Positions 1 through 9,179 of a DNA stretch of 32,000 nt are shown here, piece after piece; positions within the stretch are counted from its first letter, which is position 1; each line of letters starts with the position of its first letter. Origin of the DNA: an uncultured Desulfobacterales bacterium (GTDB lineage: Bacteria; Desulfobacterota; DSM-4660; Desulfatiglandales; HGW-15). The notes beneath the pieces were generated by a model that was not told the origin of the DNA, did no database searches, and saw only the letters and a list, made by a program, of their open reading frames with translations. The stretch is from NCBI GenBank assembly GCA_964647905.1, contig CAZYJR010000030.1, positions 5,042-37,041 on the forward strand, written 5' to 3'. The position numbers and the translations under genes are program-made.

Positions 1-574
1 CGAATAATATGGTCAGCAGGGCGCCCGGGACAATGCCGGCTGCGAAAAGCCTGCCGATGGACTGTTCGGTCATGATTCCGTAAATGATCAGGATGACACT
101 GGGTGGAATCAGGATTCCCAAGCTCCCACCCGCAGCCACAGTGCCTGCTGCAAGGCCCATGTCATACTTGTACCTTTTCATTTCGGGCAGAGCAACTGTG
201 GCCATAGTGGCTGCCGCAGCATTTGTTGAGCCGCAGATAGCTGCAAAACCCGCACATGCCCAGATAGTGGCAATCGCCATACCACCGGGAAGATGACCCA
301 AAAAGGTATATGTAGTGTCATAGAGGCGGCGGCTGATGCCCGCGTGGAAAGCGATTTGGCCCATGAATATGAACAGGGGGACCACGGTCAGGTTGTAAGA
401 TCCGAAGGTAGAGAAGAAGTCTTTGGCCAGAAGCCTTAGCCCAGCCGGAGGAGTCACTATGTAGCTGAACCCTACCAGCCCTACAAGAGCCATCACAAAA
501 CCAACGGGCATCCTGGAGAACAGCAGGACAATCAGGACTATCAGTCCTATCACTCCAACCGTTGTGGGTTCCAA
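1..574 (-). CDS. dctM: TRAP transporter large permease (DctM-like), truncated by the left window edge; probable TTG start
   Basis: Manual translation of the minus strand gives VGVIGLIVLIVLLFSRMPVGFVMALVG...VPLFIFMGQIAFHAG...GCxx-type AAICGSTNAAAATMATVALPEMKRYKYDMGLAAGTVAAGGSLGILIPPSVILIIYGIMTEQSIGRLFAAGIVPG, typical of DctM. Not in the supplied ORF track because it is open at the edge. Confidence 0.93.
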   Translation of the reverse strand, partial: MEPTTVGVIGLIVLIVLLFSRMPVGFVMALVGLVGFSYIVTPPAGLRLLAKDFFSTFGSYNLTVVPLFIFMGQIAFHAGISRRLYDTTYTFLGHLPGGMAIATIWACAGFAAICGSTNAAAATMATVALPEMKRYKYDMGLAAGTVAAGGSLGILIPPSVILIIYGIMTEQSIGRLFAAGIVPGALLTILF

Positions 575-617
575 CTCCTATCCCCCCGGCTATAGAGCTT
601 AGATAAATGAAAAAAAG

Positions 618-1121
618 TCACTTCGGCCATCCATGCCATGCTTCTTCTTTTTCGGTTATAACCAAAAGTATATCGGTAACAAGGATCAACACTACAATTA
701 GAGATGAAAAAGCAATACCATATAAAACCGGATAAAAAGGCAAGCGTAAGGTATTAGATACTTCACCGGCTTCCTTAAGGGCATTTCCGTATTTTACGCA
801 TTCAATTGTAAGCAGTATGAACAACAACAGGCTAAGAGTATGAGTCAATAGATAGATGAATTTTTGAGCCCGGTAAGGGCAGCGGTCAACAATTAGTTGA
901 ACGGCTACATGAGCCCGATCCAAGGTTGTCGGCACCAAAGCAAATCCAACAGCTATGGCTCCCAAAAATCCCACTATCTCCCAGGTTCCTACAATGGGGT
1001 GCCGGAGAAAGCGAAAAGTTATATCCGCACACGTCAGCACCATCATAGCCATAAGGCTGAACACGGCAATCCAATGCAGGGCTCGACTAAGCATCCTGAG
1101 AATCGCCAAGAAGCCGTACAT
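618..1121 (-). CDS. dctQ: TRAP transporter small permease (DctQ-like)
   Basis: 167 aa, four hydrophobic segments, ADITFRFLRHPIVGTWEIVGFLGAIAVGFALVPTTLDRAHVAVQL; between dctM and dctP. Confidence 0.88.
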   Translation of the reverse strand: MYGFLAILRMLSRALHWIAVFSLMAMMVLTCADITFRFLRHPIVGTWEIVGFLGAIAVGFALVPTTLDRAHVAVQLIVDRCPYRAQKFIYLLTHTLSLLLFILLTIECVKYGNALKEAGEVSNTLRLPFYPVLYGIAFSSLIVVLILVTDILLVITEKEEAWHGWPK

Positions 1122-1214
1122 TTTTCACCTCGCATACGCCTCATTGGTTGAGCAGCACGGCTGTCTAGTAAAATGTTGGCCAGGAGACGGGCGTCCCGTC
1201 CCCTAGCCCCCCTT

Positions 1215-2228
1215 TCATTGGTGGGCGCTCAAATAATCGAGACAGAACTCTAGGGCCTCTGCTGCTGGGAGACCCATAGCTTCTTTTTCTTTCACATAGT
1301 TGTCTAATATTGGGCGGAGCCTGCTGGCCCAACGGTCGTTCTCTTCCTCCGATAGGGTGATAACCTCCCCGCCGTTTTCGACAAAGAACTGTTTCCCTCC
1401 CTCATCCAACTCATCCCAGAGCCTCCCCTGCTTTTCCATCCATTCTCGGTTGATCTCGTTAATGGTCTCTTGCACTTCTTGCGATAAGCTGTTCCACTTA
1501 TCCTTATTCATAACCACGTAGGCGGCGTTGACATAGGCCGAATCAAAGATAGTCGAATAGCCCACGACGTCGGCCAATTTGAACCCCTTGAGTGCTTCGA
1601 AGGGTGCGGCAACGCCTTCAGCTACACCTTTGCTGATGGCATCGTAAGCCTCGCCCATGGACATGGCTACAGGGGCCCCACCCAAGGCTGCAACAACCTC
1701 GGCACTGGTTCCAGTTGACCGAACTTTCCGCCCTTTTAAATCTTCCAGCCTTCTTATCGGCATTTTCATGTTGATACGGTGAGGAGGAGAGGTGTGTAGA
1801 TAAATGAGTTTAACGTCCTTAAAGCCACTGGGTTTGAATTTATCAAAATAAGCATTGGCCATTTTGGTAGCTATATAAGCATTCTTGTACCCGAGAGGTA
1901 GATCCAAGACTTCTGACAACGGGAAACGCCCGGTAGTATAGGAGCAGAAGCTTAGTCCCACGTCGGCCATGCCTATTTTTACCGCCTCAAAGGTCTCAGG
2001 TGCACTGACAAGGCTTCCACCAGGATAACACTCCACCTTAACCTTTCCGTTTGTCCTCTTCTCAACCTCCTTGCCCCATTCTTCGCCCAGTTTGGAGATT
2101 GGGTGGACCGGCGGAAAGAAGTTTGCATACCTGAGCGTCATGCTGTCGGCTCGGGTTTCTCGCGGACTAAGCCCCAGGACTAAGAGAGTGAGCAAGATTA
2201 TGGGCAGGCTTCGGATAAATCCTTTCAT
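1215..2228 (-). CDS. dctP: TRAP transporter substrate-binding protein (DctP-like)
   Basis: Signal peptide MKGFIRSLPIILLTLLVLGLS; LRYANFFPPVHPISKLGEEWGKEVEKRTNGKVKVECYPGGSL; typical DctP length and adjacency. Confidence 0.93.
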   Translation of the reverse strand: MKGFIRSLPIILLTLLVLGLSPRETRADSMTLRYANFFPPVHPISKLGEEWGKEVEKRTNGKVKVECYPGGSLVSAPETFEAVKIGMADVGLSFCSYTTGRFPLSEVLDLPLGYKNAYIATKMANAYFDKFKPSGFKDVKLIYLHTSPPHRINMKMPIRRLEDLKGRKVRSTGTSAEVVAALGGAPVAMSMGEAYDAISKGVAEGVAAPFEALKGFKLADVVGYSTIFDSAYVNAAYVVMNKDKWNSLSQEVQETINEINREWMEKQGRLWDELDEGGKQFFVENGGEVITLSEEENDRWASRLRPILDNYVKEKEAMGLPAAEALEFCLDYLSAHQ

Positions 2229-2366
2229 GGTGACACCTCCCTATTCGGTTGCTAAAGATTACAAGAATATCAACAATCATTAATCGTTCTTCCTGATTCA
2301 CCCTCCTTTCTTTGTGTCAATAATTTCCGATAGTCGTGATCCCAATAAGGTCTCTGATTACTCCTT

Positions 2367-3698
2367 TCAGCCTTCTTCATAAAGCTTCCGAATGAGCTTG
2401 GACTTCATCTCGAAACGCGGAAGGGTGCCCTCTGGAACCAACTCCACGTCGGCCCGGAAGACGAGCCTTTTCCTCAAAGCGGCCTCCAGCTCCCTTTTCA
2501 GTTTATCCAGCGCCTTTTCCCCTTCGGCGTACTCCACTTGGATCCTAACCGGTGGCTGGACGCGCGGTCCCGGCTCATCCAGCAGGACTTGCATATCTCC
2601 TGTCGTTCTGGGGTGGAATCCGGTGACTACGTCCTTTATGGCTGACGGGAAAACATTGACACCAAGGACTATCAACATGTCGTCTGTCCGGCCGGTGCAT
2701 CTTATTCGGAAGCTTGTTCGGCCGCATTCACAAGGGCTGGTGTATACGACGATTCTGTCACGAGTACGGAAACGAACTACCGGGCAGCATTCCCTATCGA
2801 TAAGGGTATAAACCAACTCACCTTCAGCCTCATCCTTCATTTCAATGACCTCACCCGATTCAGGGTCGATCAGCTCCGGGAAAATGTATTCCTGCGCACA
2901 AAAGTGCATCCCCTGCTGGGCGGGGCATTCCCCGAAAATTATGGGGGCTGCGTCTGAGTTCCCCATCCCTTCACTAACCAAGGCCTGATATTCTTCCTGC
3001 AAACGTTTCTTGATTGAAGGAACGCCTCCTCCGGGCTCGGCTCCCACCACAAGTTTTCTGAAACCGAGATCCGCCGGTTCTATATTGCTGTTCCTGCGCA
3101 CATAGTCCGCCAAGTAGATGGCATAGGAGGGGGTGCAATGGATCAAATTGCCGTTCAGCCGTTTCGCGGTCATGATCACGCGATCTGACGCTCCTGTACC
3201 GATGGGGACAAAGGCCGCTCCGATATGCTCTATGGCGTCCTTGACGGGAAGGCCTCCGACAAAAAAGGTCAGTCCTACGGCGTGGATGACCACATCGTTA
3301 GGGCGTACGCTCTTGCAATAGAGGGAACGCGCCGTGATGTCAGTCCAGATCTTGTGGTCGTGCCTCGTAATGCCCACAAAGGTGGGAACCCCTGTCGTGC
3401 CGGATGATGAGTGGATGCGGATAATGTTTTCAATAGGAGCGACACAGTGAGAGCCCAGTGGAGGGTATTTTTTTTGACTTTCTCTAAGCTCGTCCTTTTC
3501 AGTAAACGGAAGCTTGGAAAGATCTTGCAATTTCCTGATGTCGCCTCTTTCCAGGCCATGTTCTTCAAATTTTTCTTTGTAAAATAACGAATTATCAAAA
3601 ATATAGTCAAGCTGCCTCAGGAATTTGCTTTCCTGTAGCTCATATATTTCATCCGGTTTCATTGTTTCGATATTCTCGTTGAATAGATCTCTCTTCAT
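2367..3698 (-). CDS. Phenylacetate-CoA ligase family (PaaK-like) aryl-CoA ligase
   Basis: 443 aa; AMP-binding motif IIRIHSSSGTTGVPTFVG, FRTRDR, GRTDDMLIVLGVNVFPSAIKDVV, typical of PaaK-type ligases. Confidence 0.9.
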   Translation of the reverse strand: MKRDLFNENIETMKPDEIYELQESKFLRQLDYIFDNSLFYKEKFEEHGLERGDIRKLQDLSKLPFTEKDELRESQKKYPPLGSHCVAPIENIIRIHSSSGTTGVPTFVGITRHDHKIWTDITARSLYCKSVRPNDVVIHAVGLTFFVGGLPVKDAIEHIGAAFVPIGTGASDRVIMTAKRLNGNLIHCTPSYAIYLADYVRRNSNIEPADLGFRKLVVGAEPGGGVPSIKKRLQEEYQALVSEGMGNSDAAPIIFGECPAQQGMHFCAQEYIFPELIDPESGEVIEMKDEAEGELVYTLIDRECCPVVRFRTRDRIVVYTSPCECGRTSFRIRCTGRTDDMLIVLGVNVFPSAIKDVVTGFHPRTTGDMQVLLDEPGPRVQPPVRIQVEYAEGEKALDKLKRELEAALRKRLVFRADVELVPEGTLPRFEMKSKLIRKLYEEG

Positions 3699-3754
3699 CT
3701 CAATGGGACCCTCACTATTCTAATGTTTAGACATATTATATGATTATGTATTTG

Positions 3755-3769
3755 ATACTAATTTAGTAT
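3755..3769. promoter_or_regulatory. Perfect 6-bp inverted repeat (ATACTA-ATT-TAGTAT) in the AT-rich region upstream of the PaaK-like gene; candidate operator
   Basis: Read directly: atacta att tagtat, inside the intergenic gap 3699..3808. Confidence 0.35.
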
Positions 3770-3808
3770 TAAGAATAGAGTGGTAGAAATAATATATTAG
3801 GTGAAGGC

Positions 3809-4405
3809 TTAGCTTGAAAAAAAGGGGATGCGCTTGTAATTAAACATAACAGCCAAAAGCTTTGCCTTCTTCTCTCCTATACTTCTCCCACTATGAGGAA
3901 CAGAAGCATCAAAATATACACAATCTCCTTCTTCCATGACGTATTTCTGGCCGTCATAAATTAGTTCATGCTTTCCTTCAAGAACAAACATGAATTCTTC
4001 ACCATCATGTTGAAAAATGGCTTCTTCGTCGAAGGAAGGTTCAATAATATACGGCTCCATGTTCTTCCCAGGCTTGTCAGCCGCCAGGGCTTCATACGCA
4101 TATCTGAAAAGCGACCCTTCTGAAAGTGAACCAATACTTCGGATCGGCTTTCCTTGGTGTCGCTTTGTTAATGATATTCGGACATCCTTTGAATCTTGGG
4201 GGTCTTCATGCAGCAGGTACGCGGCATCCACTCCCAAGGCCAAAGCAATTCGGTTTAGGGTCGAGTATGGAGGGGCTTTCTTGGCCCTTTCGATCTTCGA
4301 AAGATACCCCTTGGTAAGACCAGTCAGCTCGGCCAGCTTCTCCAGCGTCACTTTTTTCTCTTTGCGCAGCATCTTGATATTGTTGCAGATCAGCTCTTCA
4401 TCCAT
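3809..4405 (-). CDS. XRE-family regulator with C-terminal cupin domain
   Basis: N-terminal HTH IKMLRKEKKVTLEKLAELTGLTKGYLSKIERAKKAPPYSTLNRIALALGV; C-terminal cupin HDGEEFMFVLEGKHELIYDGQKYVMEEGDCVYFDASVPHSG. Confidence 0.9.
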   Translation of the reverse strand: MDEELICNNIKMLRKEKKVTLEKLAELTGLTKGYLSKIERAKKAPPYSTLNRIALALGVDAAYLLHEDPQDSKDVRISLTKRHQGKPIRSIGSLSEGSLFRYAYEALAADKPGKNMEPYIIEPSFDEEAIFQHDGEEFMFVLEGKHELIYDGQKYVMEEGDCVYFDASVPHSGRSIGEKKAKLLAVMFNYKRIPFFSS

Positions 4406-4673
4406 TGAGCGCGGCTACTCCATTAATGTTCGGTTGCGCTTGTCGGCCCATGCAATCGCGGGGGCAGTGAATGTTTCCTGTTTGGATACGTATAGCGAAA
4501 CCTGTTTCGGCTCCCACGAACTGATATCCCGCTTTTCATGAGGTTCTTCGAGGAAAATTAATCAAAGTTTGACCAGAAGTTTCCATTCTGTCAACAAAAA
4601 AATCAGGCAAAGGCGGGCTTCGTCTTTCTGCTTGGTGTACAGACCATCAGGGAGGATCGAGGGGCGGGGAGAG

Positions 4674-4707
4674 CAAGGGGGCGGGGCTTTGCAGCCCAGC
4701 CCCCTTG
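4674..4707 (-). terminator. Strong hairpin just downstream of the end of the long minus-strand operon
   Basis: CAAGGGGGC-G-GGGCT-TTGC-AGCCC-A-GCCCCCTTG: 9+5 bp stem with one mismatch, 4-nt loop; no clear U tract. Confidence 0.5.
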
Positions 4708-4726
4708 GTTCGGACGGATTCGGTGG

Positions 4727-7090
4727 CTACTTCTTTTCCGGCTTGCCCCGGTTCTTGATGGCGGTGTAGACCCGCTCAGGGGTGAGCGGGAGCTCGTGGA
4801 TGCGGACGCCCACTGCGTCGTAGACCGCGTTTAGGATCGCCGGGATGGTGGGCATGATCGCCCCCTCCCCGACCTCCTTGGCCCCGAAGGGGCCGTTGGG
4901 CTCGTTGCTCTCCACTATGATGGCCTCGACGTTGGGCATGTCCAGGGCGGTGGGGATCTTGTACTCCCCCAGGTTGGCGTTCAGTATCCGCCCCTTGTCG
5001 TCGAACTTGACCTCCTCCATGAGGGCCTCGCCCAGGCCCATGGAAAGGGACCCCTGCATCTGGCCCTCGACCGAAGTCACATTGATGGCGAAGCCGCAAT
5101 CGTGGGCGTCGGTCATACGCTCCACCCTGACCTTGCCGGTCCCCGGGTCCACGCTCACCTCCACCACCTGGGCGCTGGGCCCGTAGGCCGGGGAAGTACC
5201 CACCGCGGCTCCCTTGAACTTGCCGCCGAGTTCGCCGGGCTTGTATTTGCCCGTGCCCACTATGGTCCCCCGCTCCAGGTAGGCGATGCGCGCGGCCTCC
5301 TTGAAGCTAAGGGCCTCTTCCTCGGGCGGGTTGTCAGTGAACCCACGGTGTTCCTTGATGTAGCGGTTCCTGACCGGGCCGAAGTCCGGGTTCTCGCCCC
5401 TGAAGGTGATATAGCCCTCCTTTACGTCCATATCGGACACAGGGACCTTGAGCTGCTCTCCCAGGACCTCCAGGACTTGCTGTTTGACCGATTCCGCGGC
5501 TTCCTTTGCAGCGTGGCCGGTCATCAGGGTCTGCCTGCTGGAGTAGGCGCCCAAGTCCACGCCGTGCTCCGTGTCCCCGGAGCTCACCCGGATGTGATCC
5601 AGCGTGACTCCCAAGCCCTCGGCCGCGATCATGGCAAGAGCGGTGTCCGAGCCCTGGCCTATCTCCGCCGACCCTGTGAGCAGGTGGGCGGTGCCCCCGT
5701 CTTCGCTCAGCTTGAGCACCACCGTGGAGTGGGCCGTATCCGAGCGGTATATGGGGTACCCGGCCCCGGAGACGAAGAATCCGCAGGCCACCCCGATGCC
5801 GCGGTGCTCGCCTGTCTTGCCCTTTAGGTTTTTCCAATCCGAGTCCTTGTAAACCGCCTCCAGGCATTCCTTCATGCCGAAGCTGCTGACATTGAGGTCG
5901 TTGCAGGTAATGTCGCCCGCGCTCATGGCGTTCTTGAGCCTGAGCTCCAGCGGGTCGATGCCCAGCTCCTCGGCTATCATGTCCAGTTGCTGCTCCCAGG
6001 CGGCCCTGGCGGCCACCCCGCCGTGGCCTCTCTGGGCCCCGCAGGCTGGCTTGTTGGTGTAGATGCGCCACCCGTCGAACTTCATGTTGGGCAGCCTGTA
6101 CGGCGCGGCCAGCAAGGAGCCCGCGTAGTACACCGTGGCTATGCCGAAGCTGGTGTAAGCGCCGCCGTCCATGTAGCACTCGTTGGTAAGGGCCATCAGG
6201 GTGCCGTCCTTCTTGACCCCGGTTGTCAGGGTGTGCTTGAACTGGTGCCGGGCCCTGGAGAAGAAGAACACCTGCTCGCGGGTGTAGTTCATCTTGACCG
6301 GCCTGCCTGTCTTCATGGAGAGCAGGCAGGAGGCGATCTCCATGGTGTTGGTGCCGGCCTTGGGTCCGAAGCCTCCCCCCACGTAAGGCTTCTTTACGCG
6401 CACCTTTCCGATGGGAACGCCCAGGACCATGGCCACTATCCTCTGCACGTAGTGGGGGACCTGGGTGGATGAGTACAGGGTCAGGAAGCCGTTTCGGTCA
6501 TAGTCCCCTATGCAGGCCTGGGGCTCGAGGAAGGCGCCGTCCTGGCGCTTGTTCAGGAAGGTGTCGGTCCGGATCAGGTCGCAGTCCTTGAAGGCCGCCT
6601 CCACGTCGCCGAACTCCTGGTGGACCTCGCCGCAGATGTTCCCCGGGTATTTGTCGTGGAGCTGGGGGGCTCCCTCGGCCATGGCGTCTTCAACGGTCAG
6701 GAGGGGAGGAAGCTCCTCGTAGTCCACCTTGATCAAGGAAACCGCCTCGATAGCGGTTTCCAGGTCCACGGCCGCCACCGCGGCCACGTCGTCGCCCACG
6801 TGCCGGACGCGGTCGTGGCAGAAGACGTTCTCATCGTAGCGGGCCGGGCTTACCCCGTACTTTATGAAGCCCGCGTCCTCGGCCGTAACCACTGCCTTGA
6901 CCCCCGGGAGCCTCCGGGCCGCCGAGGTGTCGATATTCAATATCCTGCCGTGTGCGATGGGGCTCTGGAGGAGTGCACCGTAGAGCATCCCGGGCAGGGT
7001 CATGTCGTCGATATAGGTGGCGCGGCCCGTGGCCTTGTCAGGTGTGTCCAGCCTGGGGGCCCGCCTGTTTATGACACTGTAAGAGGCCAT
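4727..7090 (-). CDS. Xanthine dehydrogenase family molybdopterin-binding subunit; 4-hydroxybenzoyl-CoA reductase alpha-like
   Basis: 787 aa; RLDTPDKATGRATYIDDM, GGGFGPKAG, GSAEIGQGSDTALAMIAAEGLG, VGEGAIMPTIPAILNAVYDAVGVRIHELPLTPERV. Confidence 0.92.
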   Translation of the reverse strand: MASYSVINRRAPRLDTPDKATGRATYIDDMTLPGMLYGALLQSPIAHGRILNIDTSAARRLPGVKAVVTAEDAGFIKYGVSPARYDENVFCHDRVRHVGDDVAAVAAVDLETAIEAVSLIKVDYEELPPLLTVEDAMAEGAPQLHDKYPGNICGEVHQEFGDVEAAFKDCDLIRTDTFLNKRQDGAFLEPQACIGDYDRNGFLTLYSSTQVPHYVQRIVAMVLGVPIGKVRVKKPYVGGGFGPKAGTNTMEIASCLLSMKTGRPVKMNYTREQVFFFSRARHQFKHTLTTGVKKDGTLMALTNECYMDGGAYTSFGIATVYYAGSLLAAPYRLPNMKFDGWRIYTNKPACGAQRGHGGVAARAAWEQQLDMIAEELGIDPLELRLKNAMSAGDITCNDLNVSSFGMKECLEAVYKDSDWKNLKGKTGEHRGIGVACGFFVSGAGYPIYRSDTAHSTVVLKLSEDGGTAHLLTGSAEIGQGSDTALAMIAAEGLGVTLDHIRVSSGDTEHGVDLGAYSSRQTLMTGHAAKEAAESVKQQVLEVLGEQLKVPVSDMDVKEGYITFRGENPDFGPVRNRYIKEHRGFTDNPPEEEALSFKEAARIAYLERGTIVGTGKYKPGELGGKFKGAAVGTSPAYGPSAQVVEVSVDPGTGKVRVERMTDAHDCGFAINVTSVEGQMQGSLSMGLGEALMEEVKFDDKGRILNANLGEYKIPTALDMPNVEAIIVESNEPNGPFGAKEVGEGAIMPTIPAILNAVYDAVGVRIHELPLTPERVYTAIKNRGKPEKK

Positions 7091-7162
7091 CTCGTTCCTC
7101 CTTGTCTGCTGTTCTCTTGCTTCTTATGTACGTTCTAGTGAAGCCTCCGCGTGAGGGGTTGC

Positions 7163-7633
7163 TCATCCCCTCATGGACCGGCCTGCGGCCTGAATGGCCT
7201 CAACGATCTTTTGATAGCCGGTGCACCGGCAGAGGTTGCCGGATATGGCGGTGCGGATCTCGCCCTCGTCAGGCTCCGGGTGGCGGTCCAGGAGGCTCTT
7301 TCCGCTCAAGAGCATCCCCGGGGTGCAGAACCCGCATTGAATGGCCCCGTGTTCCACAAAGGCGGCCTGCAAGGGGTGCAGGCCCTCGTCGGTCTCCAGC
7401 CCCTCGACCGTTGTCACCTCCCTGCCCGCCGCCTGTACGGCCAGGACCAGGCAGGAGTTCACCGGTTTGCCGTCCAAGAGAACCGTGCAGGAGCCGCAAT
7501 CGCCCACCTCGCATCCCTTTTTGGTACCCGTCAGCCCCATGTCATAGCGGAGCATGTCGGCCAGGGTGCGGTTGGGCGCAACAGCGATCTCTTCGGCCCG
7601 GCCGTTGACGGTGGTCTGAATAAGCTTCTTCAT
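7163..7633 (-). CDS. (2Fe-2S)-binding subunit of xanthine-oxidase-family enzyme (hydroxybenzoyl-CoA reductase gamma-like); the ORF extends to 7678 but MKKLIQ at 7633 follows a GGAGG site
   Basis: GCEVGDCGSCTVLLDGKPVNSC and QCGFCTPGMLL...GNLCRCTGYQKI motifs. Confidence 0.93.
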   Translation of the reverse strand: MKKLIQTTVNGRAEEIAVAPNRTLADMLRYDMGLTGTKKGCEVGDCGSCTVLLDGKPVNSCLVLAVQAAGREVTTVEGLETDEGLHPLQAAFVEHGAIQCGFCTPGMLLSGKSLLDRHPEPDEGEIRTAISGNLCRCTGYQKIVEAIQAAGRSMRG

Positions 7634-7674
7634 CTTGTTCCTCCGGTAAGAAAAGCCCGCTCTCGAGCCAGTGT

Positions 7675-8541
7675 TCATCCGATCCTTTGGAGTGCGCTCT
7701 CCAGGGTCCTCCTGGTGAGCACCGCCACCATGTCGCGCCTGTAGGCGGCGGAGGCCCTGAAGTCGTCTATGGGGCGTGCGTCTTGGGCCGCCGCCCGCGC
7801 CGCCTCCTCAAAGAGGGCCTCGCTGGGCCTCTCCCCCCTGAGGACATCCTCGGCGGAGCGGGCCCGGATGGGCGTGGGCGCCACGGCGCCCAGGACGATT
7901 CTTGCGCTGTTTATGGTATCCCCGTTCATGCCGATGTAGGAGGCCACGTTCACGATTGATATCTCCAGGGTCTCCCGTATGCCGAGCTTCAGGTAGGCCC
8001 CTCCGTGGCGCTCCGAGTCCGGGGTGATCCGAATGGATGACAGGATCTCCTCCTGTCCCATGACCGTGGAGCCGGGACCCTCGAAGAATTCCTCCAGTGG
8101 AACGCTTCTTGACCCCGCGGGGCCGCTCAGGGCCACCGCGGCCCCGTAGGCCATGAGAGGGGGGGGCAGGTCAGCGGCGGGTCTTGCCGATACCAGGTTG
8201 CCGGCCGCAGTGGCCAGGTTCCTTATGAGGGGGCTCCCGAGTCTCGAGGCCCCCTCGGCCAGGGCGGGAAACCGCTCTCTCACCAGGGGGGAGTCGGCCA
8301 GCTCGGCCGCTGTTATGCAACCGCCGAGCTCCAGTCCGCCGCCGGCGTCTTCGATTCGGCGGAGCTCCTCCAGCCTGGTGAGTCCGATCAGGTGATCGGC
8401 CTCCATCACCTTCTTTTTCAAGTTAACGATAAGGTCAGTCCCGCCGGCAAGCGGCCTGGCCTTTTCTCCCAGTTCGCCCAAGAGGCGGCAGGCCTCCTCC
8501 AGGCTCTTGGGCTCGTGGTAATCGAACCGGGGTAAAAGCAT
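7675..8541 (-). CDS. FAD-binding subunit of xanthine-oxidase-family enzyme (CoxM/HcrB-like)
   Basis: 288 aa; PLAGGTDLIVNLKKK, GSPLIRNLATAAGNLVSARPAADLPPPLMAY. Confidence 0.9.
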   Translation of the reverse strand: MLLPRFDYHEPKSLEEACRLLGELGEKARPLAGGTDLIVNLKKKVMEADHLIGLTRLEELRRIEDAGGGLELGGCITAAELADSPLVRERFPALAEGASRLGSPLIRNLATAAGNLVSARPAADLPPPLMAYGAAVALSGPAGSRSVPLEEFFEGPGSTVMGQEEILSSIRITPDSERHGGAYLKLGIRETLEISIVNVASYIGMNGDTINSARIVLGAVAPTPIRARSAEDVLRGERPSEALFEEAARAAAQDARPIDDFRASAAYRRDMVAVLTRRTLESALQRIG

Positions 8542-8603
8542 GGGTTCCTCCTATTCTCTTTCATATCCGATTGGAGCGGCCGTGGAGGCCGCAGTCTTGC
8601 GGG

Positions 8604-9167
8604 CTAGTCACCCCAGCGCTTGAAGAGCCGGTGTTCTATCCCTAGGTAATCAAAGACCTTGCCTATGGTCTGGTCCAGTATGTCCTCGATTGTGCTGGGC
8701 CTGTGATAAAACGACGGCACAGGGGGGAGGATATGCGCCCCCAGCTCCGCGGCCAGGCTCATCAGGCGGAGGTGCCCGGCGTGGAGAGGGGTCTCTCTGA
8801 CCACCAGGACCAGCTTTCTCTTCTCCTTGAGCGTCACGTCTGCAGCCCGGATGAGCAGGTTGGTGGTGAAGGAGTTGGATATGCCGGAGAGACTCTTTAT
8901 GGTGCAGGGGGCCACCACCATGCCCTCGGTCATGAACGACCCGCTTGCAAGGGCTGCACCCACGTCCCGGTTGTCATAGACCACCGCGGCCATCCCGGCC
9001 ACCTCCTCCGGGCTGTACCGGGTCTCGATCTCGATGTTCCGCTTCCCGGCCTCGGAAAGGATCAAGTGGGTCTCCACATCGGTCTCTTTCAAATGCTCCA
9101 GGAGCCTCACTCCGTATATCACCCCGCTCGCCCCGGATATCCCCACCACCAGCCTTCGCGCCATCAC
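8604..9167 (-). CDS. ubiX: UbiX-family flavin prenyltransferase
   Basis: RLVVGISGASGVIYGVRLLEHL; VVAPCTIKSLSGISNSFTTNLLIRAADVTLKEKRKLVLVVRETPLHAGHLRLMSLAAELGAHILPPVPSFY. Confidence 0.95.
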   Translation of the reverse strand: MMARRLVVGISGASGVIYGVRLLEHLKETDVETHLILSEAGKRNIEIETRYSPEEVAGMAAVVYDNRDVGAALASGSFMTEGMVVAPCTIKSLSGISNSFTTNLLIRAADVTLKEKRKLVLVVRETPLHAGHLRLMSLAAELGAHILPPVPSFYHRPSTIEDILDQTIGKVFDYLGIEHRLFKRWGD

Positions 9168-9179
9168 TTATTCCACCCT

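Noticed and set aside
5334-6179. 281-aa minus-strand ORF inside the molybdopterin subunit gene
   Set aside because: Out-of-frame Arg/Gly/His-rich reading of the XdhA-like gene.
8576-8592. GCGGCC-GTGGA-GGCCGC hairpin downstream of ubiX-like gene
   Set aside because: Only 6-bp arms and no U tract; too weak to call a terminator in GC-rich DNA.
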